A stretch of DNA of 63,978 bases, the filler included, from Octopus bimaculoides (lineage: Eukaryota): NCBI RefSeq assembly GCF_001194135.2. It is 5 parts of 4 records of this genome, joined end to end, with 100 filler letters (N's around TTAATTAATTAA, not from the genome) between each part and the next. Parts side by side here need not be neighbours in the genome. Positions count along the whole stretch, not along the records: positions 1 to 30,212 come from NC_068985.1; 4 more parts are not named here. The stretch is one strand, 5' to 3'. The position numbers and the translations under genes are program-made. This document shows, piece by piece, positions 1-13,112 of this stretch; position 1 is the stretch's first letter, and every line of letters starts with the position of its first letter. A model generated the notes under the pieces. That model was not told the origin of the DNA, did no database searches, and saw only the letters and a program-made list of their open reading frames with translations.

Positions 1-41
<41 letters not shown>

Positions 42-290
42 TATATATATATATAGGCATAAGCATTGCTGTGTGGAAACATACTTGATTCCCAGCCAGG
101 TGGTTCCGGATTTAGTCACACTATGTGGCACCTATTCATGTGTCTACTATCATATTCTTTAGCCGACCAAAGTATTGAATTGTTAATGGAAACTGTAAGA
201 AGCCAGTATATATACACACAAAAAACACACACATACACACACACATACACATACGCGCACACACACACACACACATATATTTATATATAT
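1..290. repeat. (TA)n/(CA)n microsatellite tracts at 1-55 and ~210-290
   Basis: Direct dinucleotide runs. Confidence 0.9.
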
Positions 291-845
291 ACAAGGTGCG
301 ATATGCAAATTACCGCCATTTTATAATTTTAATTTCGTGCATGAGCATTTGTTGGTTTAAATTGTCTTGCCTACGCAGTATAATAGGGTCGGGTGCGAGA
401 AAAAGACACCATTACGCAATTCAGTTTGTCAGACAATACTAAGCGACATGATCAATTACTTGGCATTCACTTCGGAAGCTCCAATACCAATATTTCAAAG
501 TGCTTGTGTGTCAATCTGAGGACAGTGCAATCCGAGGACATATACTCATAGCGATAACAATCAAACATCTAGTGGACATCATGGTTTTAAAGTAATCACT
601 AGTGATGGCAAAGTTACGCTTTCATTCGTCTTTTTAAACGGCCTCAGACTAAACACAGAGGCCTACATCAACCGCCTGGAGGAAGTAGTGCGATCTGAGA
701 CAAGAGATTTGCTGCTGGATGACCCACTGTCTGGCAACTGGACTCTGCACCATGCCACACAAGTAGGAGAATCCAGTCATTGCTGTCAGACAATTTTTGC
801 GACCACTTCATCCGTAACATCTTGCCAGCTAACTCCCCAGACTAT
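290..845 (+). mobile_element. Tc1/mariner (maT/DD37D-like) transposon remnant, internally deleted
   Basis: TA+CAAGGTGCG terminus-like start at 290. Frameshifted translation of ~565-845 gives GLRLNTEAYINRLEEVV...WQLDSAPCHTSRRIQSLLSDNFCDHFIRNILPANSPDY, resembling the WQQDSAPxH...WPxNSPD DDD-domain motifs. No right TIR found. Confidence 0.7.
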
Positions 846-965
846 TATTATTTTTGTTGTTGTTGTTGTTATTGTTGTTGTTATTATTAGTATTATTATT
901 ATTATTATAAACATCATCATCACCATGACCACCGCTAATACTACTACCACTACTACTACTACTTT
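843..965. repeat. Compound trinucleotide repeat (ATT/GTT/ATC/ACT)
   Basis: Direct sequence. Confidence 0.9.
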
Positions 966-1657
966 ACTCCTTTCCGGAGTTGTTTTATCCCGCAGTCAAT
1001 GTTAAAACTTAAGTTACGTAAAGCTAAACATCGTTACCACGAATGAGACATCAAGCTACGTCTAACAGAGAAGAATGAATTATTGCAGATCACCGTCCGT
1101 TATGTGTCTAACCTACAGATTAATCTGCTCCCTGATTTTAGGTGAGTGAAGAGGTTAACTCTCTTTTGCATAGTATTGGTATAAGCTTTGCTATATTCGG
1201 AGAGGTGTATGTGACTGAAAACAACAGAATCTTTCAACGAGAATGACCACATTAATTATTTTTACATTTTCACTCGAAGCACAACTTAATAATAACGTGT
1301 AGCTGAAATTGCGACGATGAATATTAGTGGAAAATAGATGAAAGTTGTGAACATGGTGGCTGGCAATCATACGCCAGTTGTCGGAGAAATAATTGCAGAG
1401 GGTGGCCATTTTCCAGAGCTAGTCACAGTAAACCTAGACGTATGTGTCTTACAGAAATAACAGTCCTTTTCCAACTATATTTATAATATGCTGCTAAGTG
1501 AGCGAATCTTTCTTTTCCTGTTACTTCTCATTTATTTTCGTCTTAGTTCCACCATCTTTGTAAACTATCCAACTAATAATTTTTCTGCATTCAACAACAG
1601 ATACAAATGAAAACAAAATAAGCACCGTGGCTGATGCTCGTTTTCGGCGTTCTCATT

Positions 1658-1667
1658 TCTATTCCAG

Positions 1668-1729
<62 letters not shown>

Positions 1730-2030
1730 NNNNNNNNNNNNNNNNNNNNNNNNNNNNNNNNNNNNNNNNNNNNNNNNNNNNNNNNNNNNNNNNNNNNNNN
1801 NNNNNNNNNNNNNNNNNNNNNNNNNNNNNNNNNNNNNNNNNNNNNNNNNNNNNNNNNNNNNNNNNNNNNNNNNNNNNNNNNNNNNNNNNNNNNNNNNNNN
1901 NNNNNNNNNNNNNNNNNNNNNNNNNNNNNNNNNNNNNNCGGTGGTGGTGGTGGTGGCGGTGGTGGTGGTGGTGATGATGATCATGATATTGATGCTGCTG
2001 TTGCTGCTACTGACTGCTGCTGCTGCTTCC
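1658..2030. repeat. (CTA)n - gap - (GGT)n/(GAT)/(GCT) compound microsatellite
   Basis: Direct sequence flanking N-gap 1730-1938. Confidence 0.9.
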
Positions 2031-5000
2031 GCTATTAGCAAATAAAGAACACTTCGAATAGTATTTTAGTTTTGGAAATATACATTCAGGTAGTGGAACA
2101 CATTTTTCAAAATTTCTAACTGAAAATAATGTATTCTTCTGCTAGTAAAAGCAACACTGAAGAATGATGCGATATTTTAAACCAAGATGCTCATGCCACC
2201 ATACCCTGTTCTTCAGTTTCCGTTCAATCCTACTGAAGCAATAGAATCACCATTTGTCATAAAATGGCAAAATCTGTCCTCAATGTTAAAGTGCATGATC
2301 GTTATTATGCAGCAACAGAGAAAAGTGAGATGTAGAAACTAAAGGTTTGTAAAATAATCAATATTGACTGTCAGCTCAAAGGTAAACCAGTCGTGAGAGC
2401 GTTTAGCAAGAGTTTGGCAAATTGTAAGGTTGACTATTCGAGCGGAACACACAGTGAGGAAATGTTAAATGTGTAGGAACACTGCTTAACCGACTAAATT
2501 AAAGTAATCCATGGGAATTCTTAGCTTACAAACGCAATATCCGAAACAATGGAAAAGAATGGTAATTCAACTAGAGAGAAGATTCAACACCAAGACAAAT
2601 GGAGTTACAATGCAGACAGCTTTATGAAGAAAAGCAGAAAGAAATAGAAAAAAATGAAAAGGAAATAGAAAATGGCGTAAGAATGGAAAATGTGCTTTGT
2701 AATCTGACAATGTATGAAGCATTTTGTGGTAGCCTGTGGCAGAATTTCAGAAAAGGCAGTTTAATAATAATGTAGAGAGTCATGGAATATAATTTCCATG
2801 AAAGATACAACTAAACGAATGTAATCGAGGATAATTTATTGGATAAATTTAAAGACAAAATACGGAGAAATAAGATTTCAATGCTAAACTGCATTGGCTG
2901 TAGTGAAGTGCCACCTAAAATAGCTACAATGTCACTGAAGAGCTTCATAAATGTAGATATAAGAAAATGTAAAATAAAAGATGACTGTATTTGATGATAA
3001 ATTGGGAGAGTAAAACAGTTTAAACAAACTAAATACACCCTTCATTAATAAGGATGTTGTTGGAATATGTTTATCTTTTTATTTCTATTGGAAATCTAGT
3101 CTTGAACATCTATTAGCGTAGTATATGTTTCGTCTGTTTAATTCACTAGACATGACTAATATCTATGACGTATATGTGCTCATTATCTTATAATATCCAT
3201 CCGTTTGAGGATATCCTATAATAGCGACATGTCTGTCTATAAACTGGAGCTTGTATGGCTGTCAATTGCAATCAGTTACACCCAGATAGAAGACGATGGA
3301 TAATTAACATTTACATCCTTATTCGTTAAAATTCAATTTGAATAAATGATGCAGACGAAAATGTGAATGAATAGATGTGGTAGGAGACGAAATGAAACTT
3401 TTCGTTTCGAAAGTGCAGACATTTCTTAAGCAGACCTCTAAATCGCAAATACAAGATACGCATTCTATCAACTGATTGAAAGAGATTATATGTGTGTATT
3501 ATCTATATAAAAACGAATAAAACATTTTCACTCTAAGCGATTATGTATATAGCATACACATTATCGTAGAAATGTTAGCCACTATACTTTGTCAACCATG
3601 TTTAAGTTTGCTGACGACAACATTTCATAACTCTTTTACAGCTATTGTGCCATGAACCTATTAGTTACCTTACAAACTTCCCAATGTGATAAATCTAATT
3701 GTGCACAATGAGGTCTTAAATTGCTATTTTTATGTCCATGAAATGCTGATGTGTGTTTGCAGTAGAACAGTAGCGTAGCAAACAATACTAGGTATAAAGA
3801 AGACGTGAATGAGAAAATAATCATATAGGTACACACGTGCTGGTAATGTATTAGCCGTGTCTGTCTGATACTTATCTGCTTAAGATTATTTTGGATATCG
3901 TATACGACGATTATGTAGAGACAAGCATTCACTAACATCGTTTTAACGAGCATCACAAACTGATATGGATTAAAGAATTACTGGAAATAAAGAAGTATAA
4001 GCTTTAATATGCAGCCTACTTATTGTATGACACATTTAGAGAGACTCAAATATGCGGAAGACTAAAACTTATAGCTATTCGGAATATTGATTTGCATATT
4101 TACTGAAATATATAGATGTGTGTGTAAAACTAGAGGGTAAAAGAGGAGAAAATTAGGCTGTCATGTTCAAAAAATCGAGCTTCCAAATGATTGCATGACG
4201 GACAAATATAACTTTAATCATAAGCCACTGTCACACTGACGGCAGAATAAAGGAGATACGTCAGTCATATAAAGAGTATTCATTCACGGATGTGGAACAT
4301 CGTATGTATGCCCAAACTGTACAGCACTAACTCGTTGACGAACAACAGTTGCAACGCGCTTCGTGTAGGCCAATTTGAAAGTATTCTCCACACATTTATT
4401 CAAGGAAGAGGGAAAATCTTCCAAAATTTCAGTGACTAGCCTCTGATTGATATATGGGAAATAAATAATGCTTTTGGAATACATAAGGTTCCGTCTTTAG
4501 AGACATATTTTATGTTCAAATAAACACCTTAGCAACATTAATCTTTATACGAACCTGTGCAGTACATAAACATAAAGTAAGATTGATAGAGTTTACACTG
4601 AAGTGACTCACGTAAGGAAGCTCAGAAATCATAGACTGGGACTAGACACTTGGCACTTTAATACACACGAATGTCGATGTGTCATATAGTTGTCCAAAGT
4701 GTGCGCGTTTAGGACAATGTTTACGGATTGCAAGACTTGTAGATGTAAGTCCTCAAGTCATAGGAATAGCAAATGTGAAGTGACGTGCTCGAAACTATTT
4801 CCTAGAATGTTTTAAACTATTTGTCATTAAATATCAGCAATAATTGTAATTGATGAATGAAAAATTGTACAGAATAAATCGTACATTCGAGGAGAAAATT
4901 GGCATCTAGTAAAAAACAACGGATACATTTTAATCAATTAAGACTATATGTCAAATAAACATAACATACTATTATTTCAAAACAAGAGAGTATACCTACA

Positions 5001-6512
5001 TATTATAGAATTAGATATGTTATTTTGGCAACATAGGTCTCAAAAATACAGCAATATGCTACAACTCACTTATACAGAAATATACCAGATGAAAACATAT
5101 CAGCATTATATTTTTCATTTTTGTGCCAGTTGTTACAGAGATGATTCTGTGGGATAAACTACGTGATAATATATTAAATACTCTTTATCTCAATGTAATT
5201 CACATTTGTCGCTATTGCGGTATCAGTAGTCCCTCCAACAGATATTGTATTTATAAATAATAAAAAAACACATGTGAACGAATTTTCATTCACCAATCAA
5301 TCCTCCGTTGTTGCCTAACGTCCAATGACGGCATGGTATTAGATCTGAAGTCATGTGCTATGAGTATCGCACGATATTCTATTGCATCCATATATCAATA
5401 TGAAAGGACCAAATGTGATATGCATAATCAATTAAGGACGGCTTGAAATATTCGTGGTAGTATAAGATAATATTGAAGGGAACGAGTAGCAAGAAGTAAC
5501 ACATTTGATGCACAAAGTCATGGATGAGACAATAAATATTGCTGAAATCAATGAAAAATATCATCACAAATATATTACCAATATAGTGACTTTAAACTTA
5601 AAACAAAAGAATGGATTTATGAATATTTTTCTCGGTTTTATTTCACGTTACGTAGACTATCAGTCATATTTTATTATCTTCGACATCGTGTGTGCAGAGT
5701 TGAAAAATCAGATATAAATTGAAGCATATATTTTGTTAAAATATAGGAAAATATTTACACACATTTGTACGTTGAAACTTTATCGTAAAATGTTTCTTTC
5801 GTATACACTTATAATGCAAGCAGCTTTACATTATATATATTTATTATACGGTTTGCAAGATTATTTATGTGGATTCATGTATTGAAACATTTTTTTTTAA
5901 AATTTAGTGAGTGTCAATATGCCACTGGCTAAAATCCACTACTTTGTTATTAGTTAATTGTTTTTATATAGACCAAGTAATCGATTTTGGTTTAATTTGG
6001 TTAAACAGCAAATTATTTGTCTTATTTTTCTTTGTGAAAACTCTTTTGTTGCGGCTTACACACTTTTCAGTCACTTTCATCTTAGTTCGATGTCTACTAC
6101 TGCTGCTTAAACAATCAAAGACATGAATTCATACCAAATTAGCTGCTGCTAACTACCCTAGAACCTACAAGAAAAAAAAGAGACAGAGAGAGACAGAAAA
6201 GAAGAATGTCCTTTGCATTTGAAAGCTACGGAAATAGTTTTAAAAAAACATTTCATCTAAGTTTTCCACAACTTAATTTTTTTTCTATAAGTTGTAAAAT
6301 TCGCACAGACTGAAACCGGTACTAAAATGTTCTTCATGATAAAATTATTTTAGCATTTTCTACCTAGTCTTATTTTCTTTATATATATGGACATCAACTG
6401 AACGAAGCATCCACATCTCCTATATAGGTATATATTTCTATACCGGCGCAGGCATTTACATATATACATAGAAGTTTGCATAGACACTGATGCATATATG
6501 CGGAGTGAATTC

Positions 6513-6825
6513 GTTTATTGATGTGTAAATATCCATTTATGCCTTTACCGACANNNNNNNNNNNNNNNNNNNNNNNNNNNNNNNNNNNNNNNNNNNNNNN
6601 NNNNNNNNNNNNNNNNNNNNNNNNNNNNNNNNNNNNNNNNNNNNNNNNNNNNNNNNNNNNNNNNNNNNNNNNNNNNNNNNNNNNNNNNNNNNNNNNNNNN
6701 NNNNNNNNNNNNNNNNNNNNNNNNNNNNNNNNNNNNNNNNNNNNNNNNNNNNNNNNNNNNTATATATATATATATATATATATCTGTCGGTAAAGGCATT
6801 AATGGACATTTACACATCAATAAAC
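6513..6825. repeat. 41-bp inverted repeat pair flanking a gap and (TA)n (foldback/MITE-like)
   Basis: 6513-6553 is the reverse complement of 6785-6825 with 2 mismatches. Confidence 0.8.
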
Positions 6826-9274
6826 ATATGTGTAATCAAAATGTAGACATATGTGCGTATGCATGTGTATACGGATGTAGGTGAGTATACTTATGAGTGT
6901 ATATGTGTGTGAGCGTATGCTTTTGTACATGTGCATATATTTGCCTGGGGAGGTGGGGGCGCATGGCTGCATCGATGGCGGCATCTGCCCCCATGTGTGT
7001 GTGTCTATGGTGACATTTATATGGACTGAGTTTGTTCATATCCATGTATGTGGAGGGCGTGTGTTTCTGAAAACATGGTAGTTCAGTGTATTTTGTGCTA
7101 TTCTTGTTATAGTATTATATAGTAAGACAACAGCGTGATGAGAGGAGATAAACATGTGCTGTATATCATATATTATTTATTTTACTGAAACCTATAGGTG
7201 GCTTGTACACATCTGATCTCTATTGATGAATTTACGAGTAACGAAACAGTGTTTTACGGTCTAGTCTATATATATCACACAAGTGTTTTACATATCACAT
7301 TTTTAAATGATTATGGGAATGGATATTGTATTCCAAGATAAAGTTTGCGTAGGCCAAGAAACGAAATACATATGGCATCTTCTTGCTCAATAAAAGCCCA
7401 AAATTTGTTAAACGACAAAAAATAGTTAACATTTTCAACTCAGACATTATTAATGTAGTGATTGAACTTGTGAAGATTTGCTTATAAACATTATTTTTAT
7501 TGCCTTTATATTCAAAACCACACTAAGAGATGTATCCACACGACAACACTATAGAGAAAAGTGCAGTTACTGAAGATAGTTATAATATTTCATTACTTTG
7601 AATACATATTATAAAATATATATGACATTCGCTTCTTGTCTCATATTCTTGGTAACATAAATGTAACGCTTTTAAGCAGTATACTAGTTTCAGAAGAACA
7701 TATTTAATATATTAGATGTCTGCATTTCAGGTTTGGAAGCCTTGTGATTTTTGTCGAAATTGCATTCCATAAAAAAAAATATTTGGATTTAAAAATAATG
7801 TAGTAATATATACTTGCTATAATAGACATCAAAGATATTCCTAAATAGAATTAAAGAAACCTCTTATGGACTTCTTGAAACAGCGATTCTCACATCAAAT
7901 ATTTTATGTATATAAACCTACTTTGAAGTCCAATGCTCGTGTATATACCAACTGTATTTACAATCCTTCAAAGAATCACTTTATCTAAAATATCATAGCA
8001 AGCGAAAATCAGATGAGGTATTTTATTATCAAATATAATTCGCTTTATTTCCAAATGCACGTATAAAGTAATACTTTCTATAAAACCTACATTAAACATT
8101 CAGCTATAATAAATAAAACCACATGCTTGTGACTGAGTATAGATGCATTTCTAGTTAAGAGAATACTTAAAAGTAAAGCTATACAAAGTTAATTGTTAAA
8201 GGTTCTGGAATTTAGATATAAAGTAAATATCTGCATGGAATCATATTTAGATTTATGTGAATGTAGTCACACGGTTGTTTATATCTGTAATTATTTAATC
8301 GTGTAGTATTATATGTAATGTGTAGTGTAATTCAGCTTTAATAAGCATGTGTGTGAGAGAAAGTAGTTGTGTATATATCTCAATATTATAAAGCTTCCAT
8401 GTGGATTCAATTTAATGTAAATATATGGCTTTCATATTGTTATTGTTCGGAAAGAAAAAGACAGAAGCTAATGGTCTCCTAACATACTGTTTCGCGGTTA
8501 ATTCAGAATTCGTTTAGGACTACTAATTTACCTTCCCAAATCAACAGCACATATAAGCTGCATATAAAACAGTAATTAGTTAAGCTAGCACAGTATTGGT
8601 TTATGTTTCAAGTTACTGTACAGTTGTACATGTTTTGTCGACTCGTCATACAGTATATAATATAGATTTGAGCACATTTTTATTTCTTGTTGTTATAGTT
8701 TCTGTTATTTAATATTTTCCGTTATCTGCTGTTTTCAAAATACATTTTCTGTATTATTTGTATTCAGCCTATGAACGTTGCTGATTCTTACAATGAGTCA
8801 TTTTAATCAAATAAATATCCTGTCCTGTCTACCTATTCATAACATTTAGCCAAATTTAGGAATAATACGCTGGAAGAGAAATGTATTATTTATGTATATA
8901 TAGATTGTGCATTACAAGACTGCAGTGATAGATATGCTGATCACGATTAGCTGCATAATTACTATCATATTTTACATAAATTCCATATATTAAATATCAG
9001 AATATCATATACTATATTTGGAAATAATGTTGAAGGCTGGAAAAAAGATTACGAACGATTAGTGAGAAATCTGTCAAAAATCAAATTGTGATGCAGCATT
9101 CTTAAATCGTCACTTGATATTGCAAGTATCAACTATTGTATATTTGTACATAGAAGGTCTATGTATTAGTTAACAAAAGACCATAAATGAAAAGAATAAT
9201 GCATGTCCAGGATAAAACCTCCAAGCTAATTCCTATTCTTTACAGTCTCATCTTCGTTGAGAATTACATAAGTT

Positions 9275-9510
9275 TCTTATTTCTTTATTGCCCACAACGG
9301 GCTAAACATAGAGGGGACAGACAAGGACAGACAAAGGGATTAAGTCGATTTTATCGACCCCAGTGCGTAACTGATACTTATTTAATCAACCCCGAAAGGT
9401 TGAAAAGCAAAGTCGACCTCGGCGGAATTTGAACTCAGAACGTAGCGGCAAACGAAATACCGCTAAGCATTTCGACCGACAAGCTAACGTTTCTGCCAGC
9501 TCATCGCCTT
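9275..9510 (-). mobile_element. SINE-1 (tRNA-derived), near full length, probable TSD
   Basis: Minus strand AAGGCGATGAGCTGGCAGAAACGTTAGC (A-box), GAGTTCAAATTCCGCC (B-box), GGGGTTGATTAAATAAGTA middle. GAGAATTAC(A/C)TAAGTT repeated at 9259-9274 and 9521-9536. Confidence 0.9.
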
Positions 9511-9654
9511 AATCACAGAAGAGAATTACCTAAGTTATACACTTATTTCTCATCTCTGTGTTGAGAAGAAATATTCGAAACTAATACATGAAGTAGGTAT
9601 ATGTCAGTGACTAAACAGGATAGATTCTTATTGATTCGTGGGGGGGGAGCGAAC

Positions 9655-9780
9655 AGGCAGAAGCGTTAGCTCGGGGCTAGCATGCTTAGCTCTATTTTGT
9701 CAGTCTCTATGTAGTGTATTAAAATTCCGCAGAGGGCGCCTTTGCCTTTCATTCTTCCAGTCTAACTCAAATTTTGTTTT
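9655..9780 (+). mobile_element. SINE-1 degenerate 5' fragment
   Basis: GGCAGAAGCGTTAGC...ATGCTTAGC...AAATTCCGCAGAGGGCGCCTTTGCCTTTCATTC aligns to other SINE-1 copies. Confidence 0.6.
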
Positions 9781-10174
9781 GACTTCCACTCTAATCTTTG
9801 ACTGTAATCGCGCGTGATATGTAGATGCATTCAGATCTGTTTTAGAAACATCACAGGAACAAACTTTAACATTCCAGAACAGTAAATAACAATGTTACTT
9901 GTATTTTAATGGATTTTCTTCAGATATGGTTTACAAAAGAACAAGTGTTTATGAATCATTAAGTTACATCTATCACTGAGAAATCTTCAAATACTATTAA
10001 AATCCCCTTCTGCATGCCTTGACAACTAAACTGTCAAAATCGATGACGTGTATTTTAATCTCTTTTCTGTATAACATTATATTAAACACGATCGTTAAAT
10101 TTCACTGTTAGAGCATATGAATTTTTTATATTGATATTTTGGGATCTACAAATGGTGTTCTGTAAAAGTGCCAT

Positions 10175-10270
10175 ACAGCTACACACGGGAAGACGTATGC
10201 TTCCAAACCACATGGTTCAAGATTCCATCCGATTGCGCGGATTTCTGAGCAAGCATCATCGACTATAATC
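10175..10270 (+). mobile_element. SINE-2 head, highly degenerate
   Basis: TGCTTCCAAACCACATGGTTC...CTGAGCAAGCATCATCGACTATA resembles the head at 42480-42590. Confidence 0.5.
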
Positions 10271-10642
10271 TAGATTGTAAGTGGATTTGATACACAGAAT
10301 CTTTACTTGGATAATAGAATTGCAAATATTACATCCTAGATATATATTTTTTTAATTTTTACTTTTATCTCCTTATTTCCTTGTATACTTCTTATTTTCA
10401 TCATTTTCCAAATACAGTCCTTATATATATCTCTACTATTTCCCTCTACTTAACCATTTCACATCGTCTCTGATAAAGAGATATCCCTTATACCCCAGAA
10501 ACAAACGTAAGATTAACTTTCGCTTTATAAATGTCCTGTAAATACCACACAGCCTTGGGTTTATTTTCACATTTCATTTAACGCAAACACACACATACAT
10601 ATATGGGTGTATATATATATGTACAGATATGTGTGCGTGTGC

Positions 10643-10676
<34 letters not shown>

Positions 10677-10763
10677 TTGTGTATGCATGTATGTATAAGA
10701 TATAAACATAAGTTTGCAAAATAACGATTATGAATATCACTGAATGTGAGTTGTTTGTTAAGA

Positions 10764-10887
10764 AACACCGACATTGCTAGAAATAAGAATTAAATCCTCT
10801 GATTTTAACGCACATAAAATTAACACACATGTACGTTAACTACTGCATCAGAGCATTTTAGCACTTATTTCTAGCAATGTAGGTGTT
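10764..10887. repeat. 24-bp inverted repeat pair with 76-bp spacer
   Basis: AACACCGACATTGCTAGAAATAAG (10764-10787) vs CTTATTTCTAGCAATGTAGGTGTT (10864-10887), 1 mismatch. Right arm recurs near 46305-46340. Confidence 0.8.
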
Positions 10888-10920
10888 ACTTAGCACCCTA
10901 GTAATATTTAGTGACAGTCA

Positions 10921-11180
10921 TATGTGTGTGTGTGTGTGTGTCTGTGTGCGTGTGTGTGTGTGTGTGTGCGTTTGTGGCTGTGTGTAGCCCCATCCACCGA
11001 AGGACGACCGGTTTTGGTGTGTTTACATCCCAATAACCTAGGAGGACATAACCAGTAAGAAAGCTATCAACAGAATAAGCACACGGATTTTTAAAATATG
11101 TAAGTACTAGAGGTCGAAATATTCGTCTACAAATCTAGAAGATGAGGTTCCAGCATGGTTCCAGTCAATCCAATCCAAAA
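10921..11180 (+). mobile_element. SINE-2 3' half, degenerate, preceded by (TG)n
   Basis: GGTGTGTTTACATCCC...AGAATAAGCAC...TTCCAGCATGGTTCCAGTCAA aligns to 42670-42860. Confidence 0.65.
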
Positions 11181-11577
11181 CAGAATACCTTGCTCTTCAT
11201 TTTCATGATAAAACATTAGATGACAGAATAAATATAAGAATTCATATTATTGCCCAGGACAAACACTTCGGTAAATATATATTGATATACGGTAAAAATA
11301 TAAAGAACTTGATTTTACTGGATGTAGTATAAGAGAATTATTATATTTGTACATTCTCTATGTTTCACTTGTTCTTTTGTCATATTTTTTAGCGTCTTCA
11401 AGAGTTTAGTATAATAAATTCATCCCAGTTCTTATGGCTAGAATCCAGAACATCTCTCTGTCTCTTACGATGAAACGTTAACATACAGCACTGTTTTGAA
11501 GCAGTAGCCAGGGAAACACAACGAAAACACATCTCTTCGCCTGTGCGAACGCGCACACACAAATACACGTATAAATA

Positions 11578-11735
11578 TATTACGGGTTTCCTTAAAGTTT
11601 CTTCCTATCAAATCCATTGATAAATTATTGGTCAATCAGCGGCTACAATAAAAGACACTTTATCAAGTGTTGTACTGTAAGAATGAATGCCACACCAAGT
11701 GATTGCAAAACGAACTTCTAGCCATCACAGCCATA
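11578..11735 (-). mobile_element. SINE-2 head, degenerate
   Basis: ACGGGTTTCCTTAAAGTTTC...CAAATCCA...GGCTACAATAAAAGACACTT...CACAGCCA matches the reverse of the SINE-2 head. Confidence 0.5.
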
Positions 11736-12644
11736 TACTTCATGCGATGTGTATATAATACTTCAATATTATTTCAATATTTATTTCTATGTATGATATA
11801 TTTGTATTGGCGTTCAGTATATATTGTTAACAGGAGGTCCATTTAGATTTCCTCCACCAGATTTAGCTAAAACAATCTCAACATTACAATGTTGATTCTA
11901 TTATCAGTTACTATCTTAACTGGGCTACTGCAGCAAACATAATAATACATACGCATAAATAGACATGATTTACACATTCAGAAGAAACATTTACAGTAAA
12001 TTGTTTTGAACTTGGATAACTTGTTGGACATTAAAAACCAATGGTGTATGGTGAACATAATACTTATAAATATGTAGTTACATAGAGTAATAGATTCTGC
12101 TATAAGCTAAGAAACCATTCCATGTAATTTTAACAAATATCCACAGTAGGCTTACATTTTCCGAGACAATGTACTTAATAATCACAGGAAAATCGTTTTC
12201 GTTACGCAATATATTGTTCCTAAAGAATCGTGTGAACAAAGTCTGAACACTTACATGGCATCTCTCTTCTGCAAGAGATATTCTATGTCTCTGAGCGAAG
12301 GTGTTTTCTTTACACATACACCAAAATTATAATGCATACGTATCTAAAAGTATCTCAATGACATGTAATAATCCTAAGCACAAGGCAAAGTAATATTCCG
12401 GTGTAATTTTGTTTTTCTCCTTTAATATACACAAAGAATATTCAACTCTGTAACACGTGATAGAAATAGAAGATTTCAGATAATTGAAATAGATATGGCC
12501 ACGTAAGCAAAGCAACTTAGAACTAGGTTAACTGTATAATATATTTATAAATTCGATATACACTAAACGTTGAACACTAATTTTTCAATTATTTAGAGCT
12601 TCGCACTTATGTTTTAAATATATCTTCTGATAAATTTTGTGGCT

Positions 12645-12819
12645 CTTGTTGTTGTTGTTGTTCTTCTTCTTCTTCTTCTTCTTCNNNNNNNNNNNNNNNN
12701 NNNNNNNNNNNNNNNNNNNNNNNNNNNNNNNNNNNNNNNNNNNNNNNNNNNNNNNNNNNNNNNNNNNNNNNNNNNNCCTCCTTCTTTTCTGATTATTATT
12801 ATTATTTTTATTATTATTA

Positions 12820-12873
<54 letters not shown>
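12645..12873. repeat. (GTT)(CTT)n - gap - (ATT)n compound microsatellite
   Basis: Direct sequence. Confidence 0.9.
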
Positions 12874-13112
12874 GTTCCCGTCTTTCAATTTTCTTACCAT
12901 TTTTTGCCGAGTGTTTTCCCAATTCGTTGGGCAACGGAACACTGGTAGGCCATTAAACTAAACACTCCATATTGTCCATTTTTTAAATAAGAAATAAATG
13001 TGAGCGAAAAATAGATACATGACAATATAGGGGTTGTAATCGTTCAGGCATCGAAAGTGCTTTCCTCAATACATGTGAGGTAATAGTTAAGACAATGTTG
13101 TGCACCTCTAAT

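Noticed and set aside
3640-4490. Possible piggyBac C-terminal remnants on the minus strand (MLVNACLYI; FPYINQRLVTEIL; RCNCCSSTS*CCTVWAYIRC)
   Set aside because: Motif resemblance is too weak, and no TTAA-flanked TIR was found.
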